Shown here piece after piece: positions 28,527-38,100 of a stretch of DNA of 64,000 bases. A program made the position numbers and the translations under genes. The notes under the pieces are model-generated. The model had not been told where the DNA came from. It ran no database searches and was given only the letters and a program-made list of their open reading frames with translations. Source of the DNA: a virus. Its lineage: Duplodnaviria; Caudoviricetes. Position 1 is the stretch's first letter. Each line of letters begins with the position of its first letter. Where the stretch lies: the IMG/VR virus record IMGVR_UViG_2585427716_000002, positions 32,001 through 96,000 of that record; one strand, 5' to 3'.

Positions 28527-28985
28527 TTAACCCCCTTGTGCGGTTGTATTATCTCTGAGTCCTTGGTAATTGACCCAAGCGTACTTAGACTGCCCGCCAC
28601 GATTATTGAATTTAAAAGTTATGGTTTCACCCGCTTTAATTGACTTTACAGCCATTAGCTGAATTCCTTCCGGTACATCTTTGGTATAGATATTCTTGCA
28701 GATGTAATTGATAGGTTGATCATCCTTAACAAAAACACTCCAACTATCGGTCGGATGGTATCTATTTGCACCTACTGCAATGCTAGTCAATTCTATATCC
28801 ATTGGAGGTGTGTATTCTGCAACAAATTCCCCAACTTGCCCCGGGATCTCCAGTAAAATCCCCTCAGTGTAGGGTACAGTCTTTGTTGGCATGAATGGGT
28901 AATCTAAACGTCCTCCATTAAGGTGTCCGACCTGCCCTACTCTATCTAACTCGCCACCAACAACTATATTTGCACCAAAGGACAT
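28527..28985 (-). CDS. Small structural protein
   Basis: 152-aa beta-rich ORF in the operon. Confidence 0.6.
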   Translation of the reverse strand: MSFGANIVVGGELDRVGQVGHLNGGRLDYPFMPTKTVPYTEGILLEIPGQVGEFVAEYTPPMDIELTSIAVGANRYHPTDSWSVFVKDDQPINYICKNIYTKDVPEGIQLMAVKSIKAGETITFKFNNRGGQSKYAWVNYQGLRDNTTAQGG

Positions 28986-28988
28986 TGG

Positions 28989-29771
28989 TTACACCTCACT
29001 TTCTTCTTCATCGAATTCTTCGTATAGGTCTTCCTCGTACTCAGAACCAGCAAAATCCTCAGTCACCTCAACTTCGACATCTAAAGGTATGTCCTCGGGT
29101 TCAGAGGGATCGAATCCGTCAGCCCAACCGTTTTCAGGAGGTTCGATGTCGTCTTCGGGGAGGTATTCTGTATCTGCATAATCCTCAGCCTCATCGACTT
29201 CTGTATCATACCCTTGGTCAGATCCACCACCGTCATAAAACTCGTTAGGATCATCGAATGTTTCAGTATAGTCCTGTTCTACATCTAAATCGATCCACTG
29301 GTTATCTTCGTAATATGTTAGGTCAACTTTTTTAAAATCTCCGTAGCCGCCTTCTCTTACAATGTTGGCAGTTATACCCTGAGTCCTCTCCAGGAATTGC
29401 GTAGCTATATCCACTTGGACAATCATTAAGTTGTTGATGTATTCATGATCAGGGACTGTTTCAGGTACAGGCGGATCTAACCCACGAACTAAAGAAATGG
29501 TATCAATTGCCCCATTTCGGTATACTATGAACACTTTCTTTATAACCCTAGGGTCAATAATGTTCGAAGTATCCCGTTCAACCTGAAATGATTCTACTTG
29601 CCATTGATAAGGATTTAAGGCCGCTGAATCTGAAATACTTCCGTCTACCTCTCCTTTCAACAGAGGGCTTTCAAATTGATGGGATACCCCTTTACCTTGA
29701 TTTAACTTTCTATTTATTAAGTCCAGAATCGGGTACACATCGTTTACATTCATGTAGTTACTTTGAGTCAT
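28989..29771 (-). CDS. Hypothetical protein with highly acidic C-terminal tail
   Basis: First gene after a phage promoter; last ~100 aa are D/E-rich. Confidence 0.65.
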   Translation of the reverse strand: MTQSNYMNVNDVYPILDLINRKLNQGKGVSHQFESPLLKGEVDGSISDSAALNPYQWQVESFQVERDTSNIIDPRVIKKVFIVYRNGAIDTISLVRGLDPPVPETVPDHEYINNLMIVQVDIATQFLERTQGITANIVREGGYGDFKKVDLTYYEDNQWIDLDVEQDYTETFDDPNEFYDGGGSDQGYDTEVDEAEDYADTEYLPEDDIEPPENGWADGFDPSEPEDIPLDVEVEVTEDFAGSEYEEDLYEEFDEEESEV

Positions 29772-29794
29772 CTACTCACCAACTTTCTCCAAGC

Positions 29795-29824
29795 ATTATA
29801 AGAAAAAACAAAGGTATTCCTAAC
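29795..29824 (-). promoter_or_regulatory. Phage-type promoter GTTA-N18-CTTATAAT
   Basis: Motif copy; the -35 sits in the inverted repeat AGGTATTCCTA/TAGGAATACCT. Confidence 0.65.
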
Positions 29825-29858
29825 AGAATGTAGGAATACCTGATTAGACAGTACCTTA

Positions 29859-32800
29859 TTAAACTATCCTTGCTTTACTTACAACACTCTTAGGGGCAGT
29901 CCCAGGGCAATACAAAGTGTATTTCCACCCGGTCCCGTAACTGACGCCTCCTTCATTAATTTTAACTTTAATTTCCCCATCTGACGGTCTGTAATAAAAT
30001 CCGATTGGTCCACCGTCACCATGACTAACAGGTTTATCAAGTGCAAATCTTTTCTTACTGCCGGTGTAGATAGCTATTCTATCCTTTGCTTCATACATCT
30101 CCCACTCAACATAAACATAGCCAGCTTTTGTCACCTTGTGTGTGAATGAGGAAGAACCGTTGCCCGATTTTACAGTCTGACCACATGCGACTTTGTTTTC
30201 ACCTTCTACATCCTCAGGAGAAGTTTCAGGAGGGATATTGTAAATCGGCTTATCCTTATAATAGGAATTTGTATCTTGCCAAGTCATTTCTAAAAAGTTG
30301 ACCATACCTTCCTTATTGCCGACAAGCCTATTACCTTTAACGATGTAGTACCCTGCGGTTGACGTTGTTTGATCGTACACATAGGCCCCGTCTAACACTT
30401 CGATCATAGGATTACCTTTTACTACAGCATTGTAAGTCCTAGCTTGCCGTTTCATATCAAAAAACAATTTTTCTGCGATATCCTCTTTCATCCCTCTTGC
30501 GTTAGACCCATAGCTCTCATCTACCCATTCAGAGACTACCTTTGCAGTTCTCATCTTACCTTTTGTTGATATTAACAAATCCTTGTCAACAAAATGCTCA
30601 ATCTGCCCCCCACTACCGACAATCATAAGATGGTTTCGTACACGAGAATGGTCTACAGAAGAGGTTAGAGAGTGAAGATTCTCACTGTCAATAAATTCCC
30701 ACTTTGCGTCTACAGCTGTTAGATTTCTTATGTTCTCTAAACGAAATGTGCCATACCTATCGCAGTAAGCTCGGTACATTAGATCACCAATCAACTCTTG
30801 AATAGCGTCAGAGGCTCTTGTACCTTCTGTAAAGTCTATCGCCTGTACGTATGGATTTTTATATCCATAGGCGTCTTTGACAGTAGATATTTTTTTCTTG
30901 ACGTACTCTTTTTTCTTAGAGTCCCATACAACGGCAGTTTTACCTCCACGATCAATATCAATATAGTAGGTTTCTTCTATAACTGCGTCCGGGTACTCTA
31001 AGTCATCCTCAACTACCCTCCAACCTATGAGTCCTGACTCGTTAACGATGTTATGCACGATTGCAGATTTTACCCACATGACGACAGGCTCCTTTTCATC
31101 CCCGTGGATTTCATCCCTCCTAGGAAATGTTAAAATCCTATCAAAGACGTGTTCCTCCAACTCATCGTACATATCTACACAATTTATTGAAATTGTACTT
31201 GCTTCTGAGTCTTCTTCTATTTCCCCCTTAATTCGTCCCGTAAAGACCCTTACTAAGTTTTCACCGTATCCAGCATAGATCCGTACAGGAGTTGCTTCAC
31301 TTAGAACGTGTCTTACCGCTCCCTGTTCATAATAAGACATGTCTGAATCTCTTCTGTTCTCAGGGAATACTGTCGTTCTTGTGTAAGTTGGGGAGTACGT
31401 ACCTAATTTGTTATCTAACGTAAATCTCGCCGTACCTACCCTGCTGTCAAAATGGGTGCTTACTTCCCATTCAGTAATATCTTTCTCTATAGCAAAGGTG
31501 GTCTCATATACAAATGCTCCAGTATCTAACCACACGTCTCTCTTGCGAGCAACAATGCTTTCTTTTACATACGCATTTTCCACCTCGACCACTTTAAAGC
31601 ACTTAATGCCGAACTCTGCTTCTCCACTTACGTTATCTATGGTGAAATCAAGAATGTGGGAATTCACTCCCGCCTGGTCACTTACTGAATATTTACCGTA
31701 AATAGGTGACTCGTAAGTTGGTTTGACCGTATTGTTAGATTTGGTATACCGTTTGACAACCAACCCATCATAGGTGACGGTTACTGAATCCTCGTCCTTC
31801 AAGTTTGCAAAATAAGCGTACTCGTAGTATCCGTCCGCAGAGAAATTATGCTTATAACCAAAGTCCTTAACCTGTCCCTTTTTTATGTTCCCGCTAAAAC
31901 CTATATACCTTTCTCCTGTTGTAAGCGATGTAAAGTGTTTTATATTTTCTTTACCAATCCAATTACTGCTAAGGTCGGCATTCTTATCAAAACATTTATT
32001 AAATTTAATGTTATGGACAATTTCTTTTTCTACTGTAGAAGATCCCGAACTTCCCGCAGCAATTTTCTGGGCGCCCGTTAGTATAGGGTATCCGTCAAGG
32101 TGTCCGTTTCCTCCGTAGACCCATTGGTTCTTCCAAACTTCAAAATGTAAGTGAGAACCAAAAGACCCACCCGTATTACCTACTCTCCCAACTCTCGTTC
32201 CAGCCTTGATTTTTTGGCCTGAACGTACTTGCAGAGAGCCATCCTTCATGTGTGCATAGACTGTCCCATATCCGTTGGGGTGCTTCATCATTACGACATT
32301 CCCGTAAGTGGTACTCTTATACGCTCTTTGGACAGTACCATCCCAGGCCGCCACTACCCATCGGCCATCTACCCCTGCCGATCCGCTGCTTTTACTCGTA
32401 ATATCAATTCCTTTGTGCATTCGACCTCCACGAAGTCCATGTGGAGATGAAAGCTTTGCGTCTCCTGAGAAACTCATACCCTCAATAGGGAACACTGGCT
32501 TGGACGAGTCAGATGTAGAATTGTAGATTTCTATGCCTTTATTTTCTATAGAATATACCTCTTCTTCCCCGCATGCCGAGCATTCTTCCTTAGCTATATT
32601 AGCACTTATAGAAGAACTGCTAGAAGACCCTATTGAACCAGCTTCTCTACAGTTCCATTTACTCGAACCTTGTAGAGCCTGGCTTCTGATTATGTCGTAA
32701 TACTGCTTTACTCTTACTTTCCAGTTTGCTCCGTCAGCGGACCATACCCATTTCCCGTACCCTTTATCCCCACCTTCATGAAAGTAATCAATGTCACTTG

Positions 32801-33347
32801 CCGTCATATTATTGCTGGAGTTTATCTTAGAAAATCTACTACCCATTGCGTCAGCATATCTTTTAGCTGCAAATTTTGCCTGAGTATCTATACCTGAATA
32901 AGTGTAGTCGCAAGCACCAGGGCACCCATACCCCACAATGAAACTACCTTTTTCAGGTTTACCTTGACCTAATGTTCCAAAGGCTGTCTCGTGTTTAGCT
33001 ACAGCTAGAAAAAAGTAATAGGCTTGAGTCGGTAATCTGTATGCTTTCGCCCACCTATTAAAAGCACATTTAATGTACTCGAAGCGGTCTCCTGATTCTC
33101 CCCCTGAGGTAACTTTTGTAGGTTCTTCTGTTAAGGGGGATGTCATCTCAGCGTTCGATTGCACTTTTTCAAGAGAGGCTGATCGTATTCTATCCCATAC
33201 CTCGAACTTGCTTCGCATACCGGGTACGTACGATACTTTATCTAACTCAATTACAACTCTCGGCTCATGACCGAGTGCGTTAACTTTCCTCATAACATCA
33301 TGCAATAACTGCTTTGCAGGAGTATCTTTATCGAAGACGTTTGTCAC
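29859..33347 (-). CDS. Baseplate hub/Tal with lysozyme-like and M23 peptidase domains
   Basis: AVAKHETAFG (lysozyme-like Glu); M23 HKGID...YAHM...GSHLHFEV; hub-like RVFTGRI...YCDRYG; located downstream of TMP/Dit. Confidence 0.82.
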   Translation of the reverse strand: MTNVFDKDTPAKQLLHDVMRKVNALGHEPRVVIELDKVSYVPGMRSKFEVWDRIRSASLEKVQSNAEMTSPLTEEPTKVTSGGESGDRFEYIKCAFNRWAKAYRLPTQAYYFFLAVAKHETAFGTLGQGKPEKGSFIVGYGCPGACDYTYSGIDTQAKFAAKRYADAMGSRFSKINSSNNMTASDIDYFHEGGDKGYGKWVWSADGANWKVRVKQYYDIIRSQALQGSSKWNCREAGSIGSSSSSSISANIAKEECSACGEEEVYSIENKGIEIYNSTSDSSKPVFPIEGMSFSGDAKLSSPHGLRGGRMHKGIDITSKSSGSAGVDGRWVVAAWDGTVQRAYKSTTYGNVVMMKHPNGYGTVYAHMKDGSLQVRSGQKIKAGTRVGRVGNTGGSFGSHLHFEVWKNQWVYGGNGHLDGYPILTGAQKIAAGSSGSSTVEKEIVHNIKFNKCFDKNADLSSNWIGKENIKHFTSLTTGERYIGFSGNIKKGQVKDFGYKHNFSADGYYEYAYFANLKDEDSVTVTYDGLVVKRYTKSNNTVKPTYESPIYGKYSVSDQAGVNSHILDFTIDNVSGEAEFGIKCFKVVEVENAYVKESIVARKRDVWLDTGAFVYETTFAIEKDITEWEVSTHFDSRVGTARFTLDNKLGTYSPTYTRTTVFPENRRDSDMSYYEQGAVRHVLSEATPVRIYAGYGENLVRVFTGRIKGEIEEDSEASTISINCVDMYDELEEHVFDRILTFPRRDEIHGDEKEPVVMWVKSAIVHNIVNESGLIGWRVVEDDLEYPDAVIEETYYIDIDRGGKTAVVWDSKKKEYVKKKISTVKDAYGYKNPYVQAIDFTEGTRASDAIQELIGDLMYRAYCDRYGTFRLENIRNLTAVDAKWEFIDSENLHSLTSSVDHSRVRNHLMIVGSGGQIEHFVDKDLLISTKGKMRTAKVVSEWVDESYGSNARGMKEDIAEKLFFDMKRQARTYNAVVKGNPMIEVLDGAYVYDQTTSTAGYYIVKGNRLVGNKEGMVNFLEMTWQDTNSYYKDKPIYNIPPETSPEDVEGENKVACGQTVKSGNGSSSFTHKVTKAGYVYVEWEMYEAKDRIAIYTGSKKRFALDKPVSHGDGGPIGFYYRPSDGEIKVKINEGGVSYGTGWKYTLYCPGTAPKSVVSKARIV

Positions 33348-33358
33348 TTAAATTCCCC

Positions 33359-34432
33359 CTATCTGAATCTTTCTAAAGCCCACTCAGAAAATCTATGGAG
33401 ATAAACTACAGCTTCCGCTTTAGTTACACAGACCTCGGGCTGGAAAGAATTATCCTCATATAGAGGAAAAACGTAACACCCGTCGTTGAATTTCTCATCT
33501 AATATATTTAAAACATCTTCTGAGTACCATTTACCGACAATTTTCTTCCTGTCCGAAATGTGCCTCTCTGTCTTATCTACACTATTTGGATGATACCCAC
33601 GGTCTGTGTATTTCCCATAAAGGCTTTTTCTCATTCGTTGCAGAATGACAAAGAATTCTGCTCTTGAAACAGTGATGTTTGGGAAAAACCTATCACTGTT
33701 CATTACACATTTCGAAGAAGGGACTACCTTCTCTTTCTGTCTATTTTTCACTACAGCACCCGACTTATAGTTGTAGTTGACATAGATCGGGAATTGGTTA
33801 AGGTTATAGGAGACGTAGAGAACCCCGTTAATGATTGTAAAACAATCATCCTGGTCCCCTATTGTTCGAGTAAGGGCTGCTTGTATTGATTCTCCCTCAG
33901 CCTTATCGACATTCACTCTTGTTAACTTTTTACTCATGCAGACTGCCACTTCATTAAGTGAGTACCGCAAATCAAAAACATATTTTTTGTACATTTCAAG
34001 TTTTTTACTCGGGTATGCTAAAGAGCAAGTGCTAGTCAGTGGATACGTTTGACAGTTTTTTGGTGTGTGGTCTCCCTGGTGCATTTGCACAACCCCTGAA
34101 AGGCAAATACTCACCTGTTTATTCCCTGCCATAGGGAATCCAACATGGACATAGTCCTTTTCCAGTTTAGTCGGGTTGTATGGAATGCCGTCCACATAAA
34201 CAACGACAGTCTCTCTAGAATCAGGCTTGTACCCTTTTATGTGGAACTTCGTCTGCCCACCTGTAGTGGTAAAGTTATAAACCTTTCTTGATTTACCTGT
34301 AACAAACTTGTTGTACCGTTTCGGAGTAAATAAAGTCTCTTCTCTCTTGGAATCTAAGAATATTTTGTCAGCTTCCAACACTGATCTGTAAAACCAATCT
34401 TTAGGGCTGACATCTAACCATTTCTTTGTCAC
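33359..34432 (-). CDS. Tail-tip protein with SLH-like motifs
   Basis: WLDVSPKDWFY, FFPNITVSRAEF, FQPEVCVTKAEA. Confidence 0.65.
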   Translation of the reverse strand: MTKKWLDVSPKDWFYRSVLEADKIFLDSKREETLFTPKRYNKFVTGKSRKVYNFTTTGGQTKFHIKGYKPDSRETVVVYVDGIPYNPTKLEKDYVHVGFPMAGNKQVSICLSGVVQMHQGDHTPKNCQTYPLTSTCSLAYPSKKLEMYKKYVFDLRYSLNEVAVCMSKKLTRVNVDKAEGESIQAALTRTIGDQDDCFTIINGVLYVSYNLNQFPIYVNYNYKSGAVVKNRQKEKVVPSSKCVMNSDRFFPNITVSRAEFFVILQRMRKSLYGKYTDRGYHPNSVDKTERHISDRKKIVGKWYSEDVLNILDEKFNDGCYVFPLYEDNSFQPEVCVTKAEAVVYLHRFSEWALERFR

Positions 34433-34433
34433 A

Positions 34434-35069
34434 TCAGTACCCCCTAAGAATTTTCTCTATATATTTGTATGTCCTTGTCATAAAGGCGGTTGTTTGCGCC
34501 CTTGTTATCCAAACCTCAGGCTGGAAGAACTGGACCTCTGTACCGTCACTAGCATAAGTAGCAATCAAGCCCCTTTGCTGCATTTCATCGATATACTGTT
34601 GCGCCCAATGATTCTCTATATCGATATATGGATACTCATGCCTAAATTCAAAGTCTTGTTTTCTAATAAGAGCTAAACTGACAGTCACAAGGTACTTTGA
34701 TTCAAACTCGACTGATTCTATGTCAAGCTCTCCGGTCACCACTCCTACATATATTGTTCCTTTTTCATCATAGTATTTGTGTTCTGCTCCAATGAACTGT
34801 AACCAGTCAGCAAATTCCTCTTTACTGTAAAAAAGGAATTGCAATGTTGTCTGATAATAGGACGTCCCTTTTCCCACTAAACCTGCTGAGGATTGTACGT
34901 TCGTGTTTACTCCTGAAAGCATTGTTGGTACTGGGGGTTTGTACTCTCCTGTAGGTCTACCTCTAACCTGGATGAAACGAACCCCGTTATCGTAAAATAG
35001 CTTTCGCTTAAAAACATCGTCATTTGTTTTATTAGGTTTCTGTTGAGCCATCAAATCACCCCTAAGCAT
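34434..35069 (-). CDS. Distal tail (Dit-like) protein with C-terminal SLH domain
   Basis: Follows the TMP; YIDIENHWAQQYI...GLI...FQPEVWITRAQ. Confidence 0.65.
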   Translation of the reverse strand: MLRGDLMAQQKPNKTNDDVFKRKLFYDNGVRFIQVRGRPTGEYKPPVPTMLSGVNTNVQSSAGLVGKGTSYYQTTLQFLFYSKEEFADWLQFIGAEHKYYDEKGTIYVGVVTGELDIESVEFESKYLVTVSLALIRKQDFEFRHEYPYIDIENHWAQQYIDEMQQRGLIATYASDGTEVQFFQPEVWITRAQTTAFMTRTYKYIEKILRGY

Positions 35070-35075
35070 TATAAG

Positions 35076-35102
35076 AAAACCCCACCTAAAATTAGATGGG
35101 GT
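35076..35102 (-). terminator. Terminator-like hairpin after the TMP
   Basis: ACCCCATCT-AATTTT-AGGTGGGGT-TTT on the minus strand. Confidence 0.6.
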
Positions 35103-35110
35103 CTTGTAAT

Positions 35111-38100
35111 CTAAAAACTCCTGTAACCTAAAGGGCCACTATTCAACTGTGTACGCAAGGCTTGCGACCGGCCGTCAGCTAAACCCTGACCCAATGAACG
35201 ACCTAAATCAGACAGCTGCTTGCTACCCGTTTTGTCAGTTACATTAGGGAGTGTTATGTTGACGTACATATCTCCTGACTGAACCGTGAAGTTAGAGTGA
35301 GATCCTTTACGAGCCATGTAATCATATTGGGACATTGCGCTGACACCGTCAGGCAGGTTAAATGTCCCACCCATTTGAGACTTTAGCTCTTGATGGATAC
35401 CGAGTTGAGCTTGGAGTGACTGTTTTGTCAGATCTCTGATGTCTTTCATAACTTGCTCATACTCAGACGAACCTTTTGAATAATTTCCTAGGTCTGCCCT
35501 TCTTTGTGCAAGAGTCTTGTCCACAAGAGACTTCCGCTCTTGTAGTTCTCTAATTCTCAAATCTCTAGCCAAGAAACTGTCGTCCGACACACCTGGACCA
35601 AGATTGACACGTTCCTGCATGTACTTGATCTCCATGTCATCCATTGAGTTATTAAACGGATTCTTCCAAGCTTGTAGCCTTTGGAGTCTTAGATTTTTCA
35701 CTTCTAATTGAGCACTTGCAATTTGTTGACGTAAACTCTGCATTGCGTCACCAAGTTTATTGTCAGGATCGGCCATATTTTGAGCCTCTAAGTTGGACAA
35801 TTCAGATTGTAAGGAAGATATTAAAGACTGGTCATTTCCAATCTGAGCGTCATAGAACTGCGGCGTATCCGTATTCATAGAGATACTGTTTAAGGTATCC
35901 ATGTATTGTTTTTGAGCCGATGATCTTGACACATTGTTCTGCATAATAGTTAGATACCCATCAACTTTTGTACGTTGTTCTTCAAGGGCCAGCTCCTTCA
36001 TTTTAGGTTCAAATTCTTTATTGACCTCTTTTTGTTTAGACTTGGCCTCATCAAGAGCGTCTTTTGCAGATGCGTACTCCTTAGACCCCTTACCTTTTCC
36101 TTTGGATTGGAGTTCTCGAAGGGCTTCCTCCCGCTCTTTAACGAATTGGTTAAGGGCGTCAATCTCTTCCTGGTATGCTTTTCTCTCTTTGCGGATAGCT
36201 TCGAGTCTGATTTGCAGGTACTCTTCGGAATCAGACTTCATCCCGTTAAGTAGCGCACTCATCTGAGTTAAAGAGTTTTGGCTCTGTACATCTTGAACCC
36301 TCTCTTCTATCCGAGTTTTCATCTGATCTACAGAGAACCATTGTAACTGGCCGTCGTCGTACATTTGATTTTCCCATGCTTTCCTGGCTTCCTCAGCTTT
36401 CCTCTTTCGCTCAGCTTGCTCTGCCTCTGAAATAGCATACTCTTTGTACTGTTTTATGAACTCCTTCTCTTCCATCTTTTGCAATTTGTTGTTCGAACCG
36501 GATTCATCTAAATAGTTCTTAGTCAAATCGTCTAGAGTGACAGGATCAGCATACTTGTCCTTAGCTTTCGCCTCTTCATTCGCTTTATTGACGGCTTTTT
36601 TCCAGTCTGATGTCCCATATTTCTCCTTCATCCAACTTTCGAATTCACCTTTAAAGTTTTGGACATCGTCCATACCTACAGAGGTGTTTCCAAGAAACAT
36701 ATCTTTTAGTTGATTCCAGTACAACACGGTACCTTTACTAAATTGCTGGAGACTCGTAAACTCTCCCAACAACCCGCCACCTTTTTCAAAGGAAGCATAC
36801 TCCTTTGCTGCCTCATTCTTCGAGTTCCTGTAATCCCGGATGTCTTTCTGACCATCAGTAAGCAGAGAGTTCTGACTAATCTCTCCAATAACATCTCCGA
36901 CTGCTAAAGCAACACCTAGCTGTTTGGCAAAGCTTCCGATATTACGGGCAATGCCCATAATTGCGCCACCGGCTCCTCTTGCTCTATCGGGAATAGAATC
37001 AAGCAAATTCAAGAAAGAGTCCATTCTATTTCTAGAAGCTCTTTCAGCCTCATTTCCTACATCTCGAACTGCTCGACTAAGATCTCTGTAGGATTCTGTA
37101 CCCTGTCTAGTTGCGGAGGCATTTCTCCGGGTCCTTTCTTCATACTTCTGCATGGCTTGATTCAACTCATCCATGTCCTTGATAGCTTTCCCTGTGCCAC
37201 TATAATTTTGATTAAGGAATGACTCGAAGTCTTTTCTTTTATTGTCATCCATATCGGCCAGTTTCCCAGCAGTGTTTCGATCCTTACTGTCGAGGTTGTC
37301 AAATTTATTACGATCCTGTAGAGAATTTACTAACTCAGCTGCAAACTCTCTATCGAAGACAGCCTCTAACGCCCTTGAATTCATCAGATTGGTCGCATTG
37401 AATGAGGAACGTTGATGTACCTCATCCACAGTCATTCCAGGTTTGTTTTGCCGGTAGCCTCTTGATTCATCCATAATACTTAACAGGTCCGTTACATTGC
37501 CGGCCCTGCCCTTATCCTTTACATACTGCCTAATCTCCCTTTGTCTATCCCTATCCAAGTTAGCCAGCTCTTCGAAATAAGGTCGTAAGGTATCATTCTT
37601 CATGGCAGTATTAAAGAATTTTCGATCTGACATGTTTTGTGAGGCTTTCTTTCCAGTGTCAGACTTATCCAGAATGTATTCATCCATAAACCGGGTCGCA
37701 CCGTACTTTTGTCTACCTGACAGCCCAGTTTCACCAAAATAGTTACGTCTCATCTCTGCATTGGTTTTATGCTCATCGTATTTCCCCCACTGCCCTAATT
37801 TCTTCACTCCGTACATAGCACCGAAGCCAATAAGAGCGTTGGTTAAAACACCTATTACATTAGCAATAGTTTCAGCATTATCTTCCAATCCGTGTGCCAA
37901 GTTGGTGATATTTTTTGATAACATTTGAATTTCAGGACTCATCTCCTCAAGGATAGAAGTTAAAGCGTTGTCCATAGAAATTCCGGCACGTTCCATATTT
38001 ACAGTAGGGGCGTCCATCGTTTTCGATAACATGGTTGCTAGCTTATCAGGGTTCTTTTGAAAATCCTCAATTTGCTTCATCATGTTGAAGAAATTCAAAT

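Noticed and set aside
35068-35096. Additional phage promoter copy (also 2978 and 62716)
   Set aside because: The -10 matches but GTTA is missing at the right spacing, so these were not counted.
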